Positions 61,262-64,000 of a DNA stretch of 64,000 bases are shown here, one piece after another. Each line of letters opens with the position of its first letter. Position 1 is the stretch's first letter. The notes under the pieces are model-generated. The model made no database searches. It saw only the letters and a list, made by a program, of their open reading frames with translations, and had not been told where the DNA came from. The stretch comes from Geosiphon pyriformis uo1 (Eukaryota > Fungi > Glomeromycota), in NCBI GenBank assembly GCA_016748015.1, contig JAAOMT010000230.1, forward strand, positions 160,669 to 224,668, given 5' to 3'. The position numbers were made by a program, and so were the translations under genes.

Positions 61262-61563
61262 TATTCCAACACAAGTGATGTTTGGAATGGAGGTCTGATT
61301 CAAAAGGAAAAGAGAGAAGCTAAAGCTGTTGGTTTCTTTACGTGATTGATATAAATTTTTAAAATATTAGACATCATGAAATGGTGTCCATTTAAGTCTG
61401 ATATCATAATATGAACTTTGACGAGTTGAGACATTTTACCTCTGTGAAACGTCTGGAAGAATACGGCATAAGATTTAGGCTCAAAATTTAGTTGGGGCGA
61501 TTATCAATTTAACATTTTACATGTTATAGTTTATTTTGATTTAATTTCATTATTGACAATAAT

Positions 61564-64000
61564 TTACATTCTAAACACGCCAAATCGCGTCTTTTCAATC
61601 GGTGCATTCAGAGATGCACTGAGTGCTAATGAAATCACGTTACGAGTATCTACCGGGTCGATTACGCCATCATCCCAGAGACGTGCGGACGAATAATAAG
61701 GATGGCCCTCAATTTCATACCGTTCACAAATTGGCTTTTTAAATAAATTTTCTTCCTCAGTTGACCACTAGAACAAATTTGGTTTTATTCTTTGAATTCA
61801 TGATTATAATAGAGGGATATGAAATAAAGACAAACCTCTTCTCCTTTTTTGGCTTTAGCATCTCTTTTGACTGTAGCCAAGACGCTGGCAGCTTGTTCTC
61901 CACCCATTACAGATATCCTTGCATTCTTCAACGAGTTATTAAAGAACACCAAATAATGCGACAATTGGAAATTTTAACAAAGAGGAAAAACCTACCGGCC
62001 ATTGCCACAAAAATCTTGGGCTGCTAGATCTACCACACATCCCATAATTTCCAGCTCCAAAACTGCCTCCAATTATTATTGTAAATTTGGGAACTTTGGC
62101 GCATGACACAGCAGTGACCATTTTGGCTCCATTTTTTGCAATGCCACCAGCCTCGGCTGAAGATCCCACCATGAAACCGGTAATATTCTGAAGAAAACAT
62201 AGTGGGATATCACGCTGAGAACATAATTCAATGAAATGCGCCCCTTTGAGAGCAGATTCCGAAAATAAAATTCCATTGTTCGCAATTATACCAATCGGGT
62301 ATCCATGAATTCGAGCGAAGCCTGTTTAATAAGATAAACGCGTCATTTTTTTCCAAACTTTTAAATATTCAATTCCTCATGTTTACCTGTGACCAAAGTT
62401 GTTCCATAGAGCTCTTTAAATTCGGCGAAGCGGCTACCGTCAACCAAACGGGCAATGACATTTTTAACATCAAATGATTTCCGCAAGTTATCGCCTACAA
62501 TACCTCCTAATTCAGAAGCCGGGTATAAGGGGTCTTGGGGAGGTTTTGTTGTCACCTATAATACAACTTTTAGTAGGGTAACTATTTGTTAACAATTTCT
62601 GAAAATTTCAATATATTTACAGAGGGTCTTTTGCTCCAATTAAGATTCTCGACAACACGGCGACCCAAAACAAGTGCGTGTTCATCACTCAAAGCATAAT
62701 GATCTGTGACACCAGAAGTGCGACCTATTTAAAAAGGAAGAGTGGTTAAAATCAGAACAATTTGAGTTTTAAGATATTTGAGAATTTTCAGGAGATAATG
62801 ATCTAGAAACTAACAATGTAAATCCGCCCCGCCAAGTTCCTCCGCTGTCACGACCTCACCAGTAGCGGCTTTCACCAAGGGCGGCCCACCTAGGAAAATG
62901 GTGCCTTGCTTAGCAACTATAATACTTTCATCCGCCATTGCTGGTAAATAGGCGCCCCCCGCTGTGCAAGATCCCATCACAACGGCAATTTGGGGTATTC
63001 CTTCAGCAGACAAATTTGCCTCATTCACGTAAAATATCGCGTTATCGGGTTGATGTGGAAAATTCAATGATCTTTAAAAATCGGTAGGTAAATTTTTACC
63101 TCATTGTAGAAGATACGTCCAAAATGATCACGATCAGGAAATACCTCGGCTTGGTGAGGCAAATTAGCGCCCCCAGAGTCAACTATTGAAAGACGCGACA
63201 AATCAAACTCGTGTTAAAATGTTATTCCAAGTTTAAAATATCATAAAGCATACCCAAATAAATGCATGGTAATCTATTCTCCTTCGCAATTTCTTGCGCC
63301 CGTAAATGTTTTTTTACTAATATACACATTAAAATAAGTTGTTAAAATTAAATATGTTTTCATTAAATACCGATATTTGCTATCGTTACCAGTGATCGGA
63401 TAATAAGTTCCTCCTTTGACGGTTGAATCGTTAGCTATAATCATACACTCTACACTAGTTGATATCCATGAATCAATCAAATAGCATCCAAGAAAAATTA
63501 AATATAAACTCCACTGACCCTTTGACACGACCAATTCCTGTGATTATACCACCAGCAGGAACTAAATCAGAATACAAGTTGTAGCCAGCAAGCTGTGAAA
63601 GCTCAAGGAATGGGGAGCTAAAGAAAATCATATTTCGGATAAGTATTCCATTCCACTCAATAAAATTTAATTCGAGCAATTGAAAATCTAACTCACCCAT
63701 TGTCCAATAATCGGTTAATGCTGTACAATTAATAACCGGTTTAGATGCCTTTCAAGCAAACACATAATCTATTGAAAAAAATATCAAAAATATTGCCTTA
63801 CCGATCACGAGGTAGCAATTTTTGGCGACTCAGATGGCGTTTCCGGGATTCTTCTCCGCCACCTTTTGACCAAAAATCAGTTTTTGTTAAATTATAATTT
63901 CACCAAAAAAAAAATAAATCTTTGACCTAATTTAATTTTATCTACTAGATTTCGAAGATCTTTCACTAATGCTTCCATTCTCGAGGCATTTTCCTATTAT
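61564..64000 (-). CDS. MCCC2: Methylcrotonoyl-CoA carboxylase beta subunit (5' end outside window)
   Basis: [71 protein letters not shown] stop. Confidence 0.95.

Overview
Eukaryotic (fungal) genomic DNA in two sharply different parts. (1) Positions 1-~46,850 are a gene-free retrotransposon island. Its backbone is one heavily C->T/G->A-mutated ~6.9-kb LINE (~6,410-46,083), split by six direct insertions: a solo LTR, an internally deleted LTR element, a 5'-truncated LINE, a near-intact APE-RT-RNase H LINE and two full-length ~10-kb Ty3/Gypsy elements. One of the Gypsy elements carries a further solo LTR. Most junctions are supported by target-site duplications. The Gypsy family is unusual. It encodes one ~2,800-codon polyprotein with a Cys-rich insert and a dUTPase between protease and RT, and a long non-chromodomain extension after integrase. 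It also has a PBS matching elongator tRNA-Met and an LTR segment complementary to its own PBS. (2) Positions ~46,850-64,000 are gene-dense and intron-rich: CWF19L1/Drn1, an I9 protease inhibitor, a hypothetical protein, a tandem-domain kappa-GST/DsbA protein, an NTF2/SnoaL-like protein, CCP1, ATG27 and the 3' part of MCCC2. Gene style and element proteins recall Glomeromycotina (Geosiphon-like); this is recollection and inference, not a search result. All alignments, translations and base pairings were done by eye.
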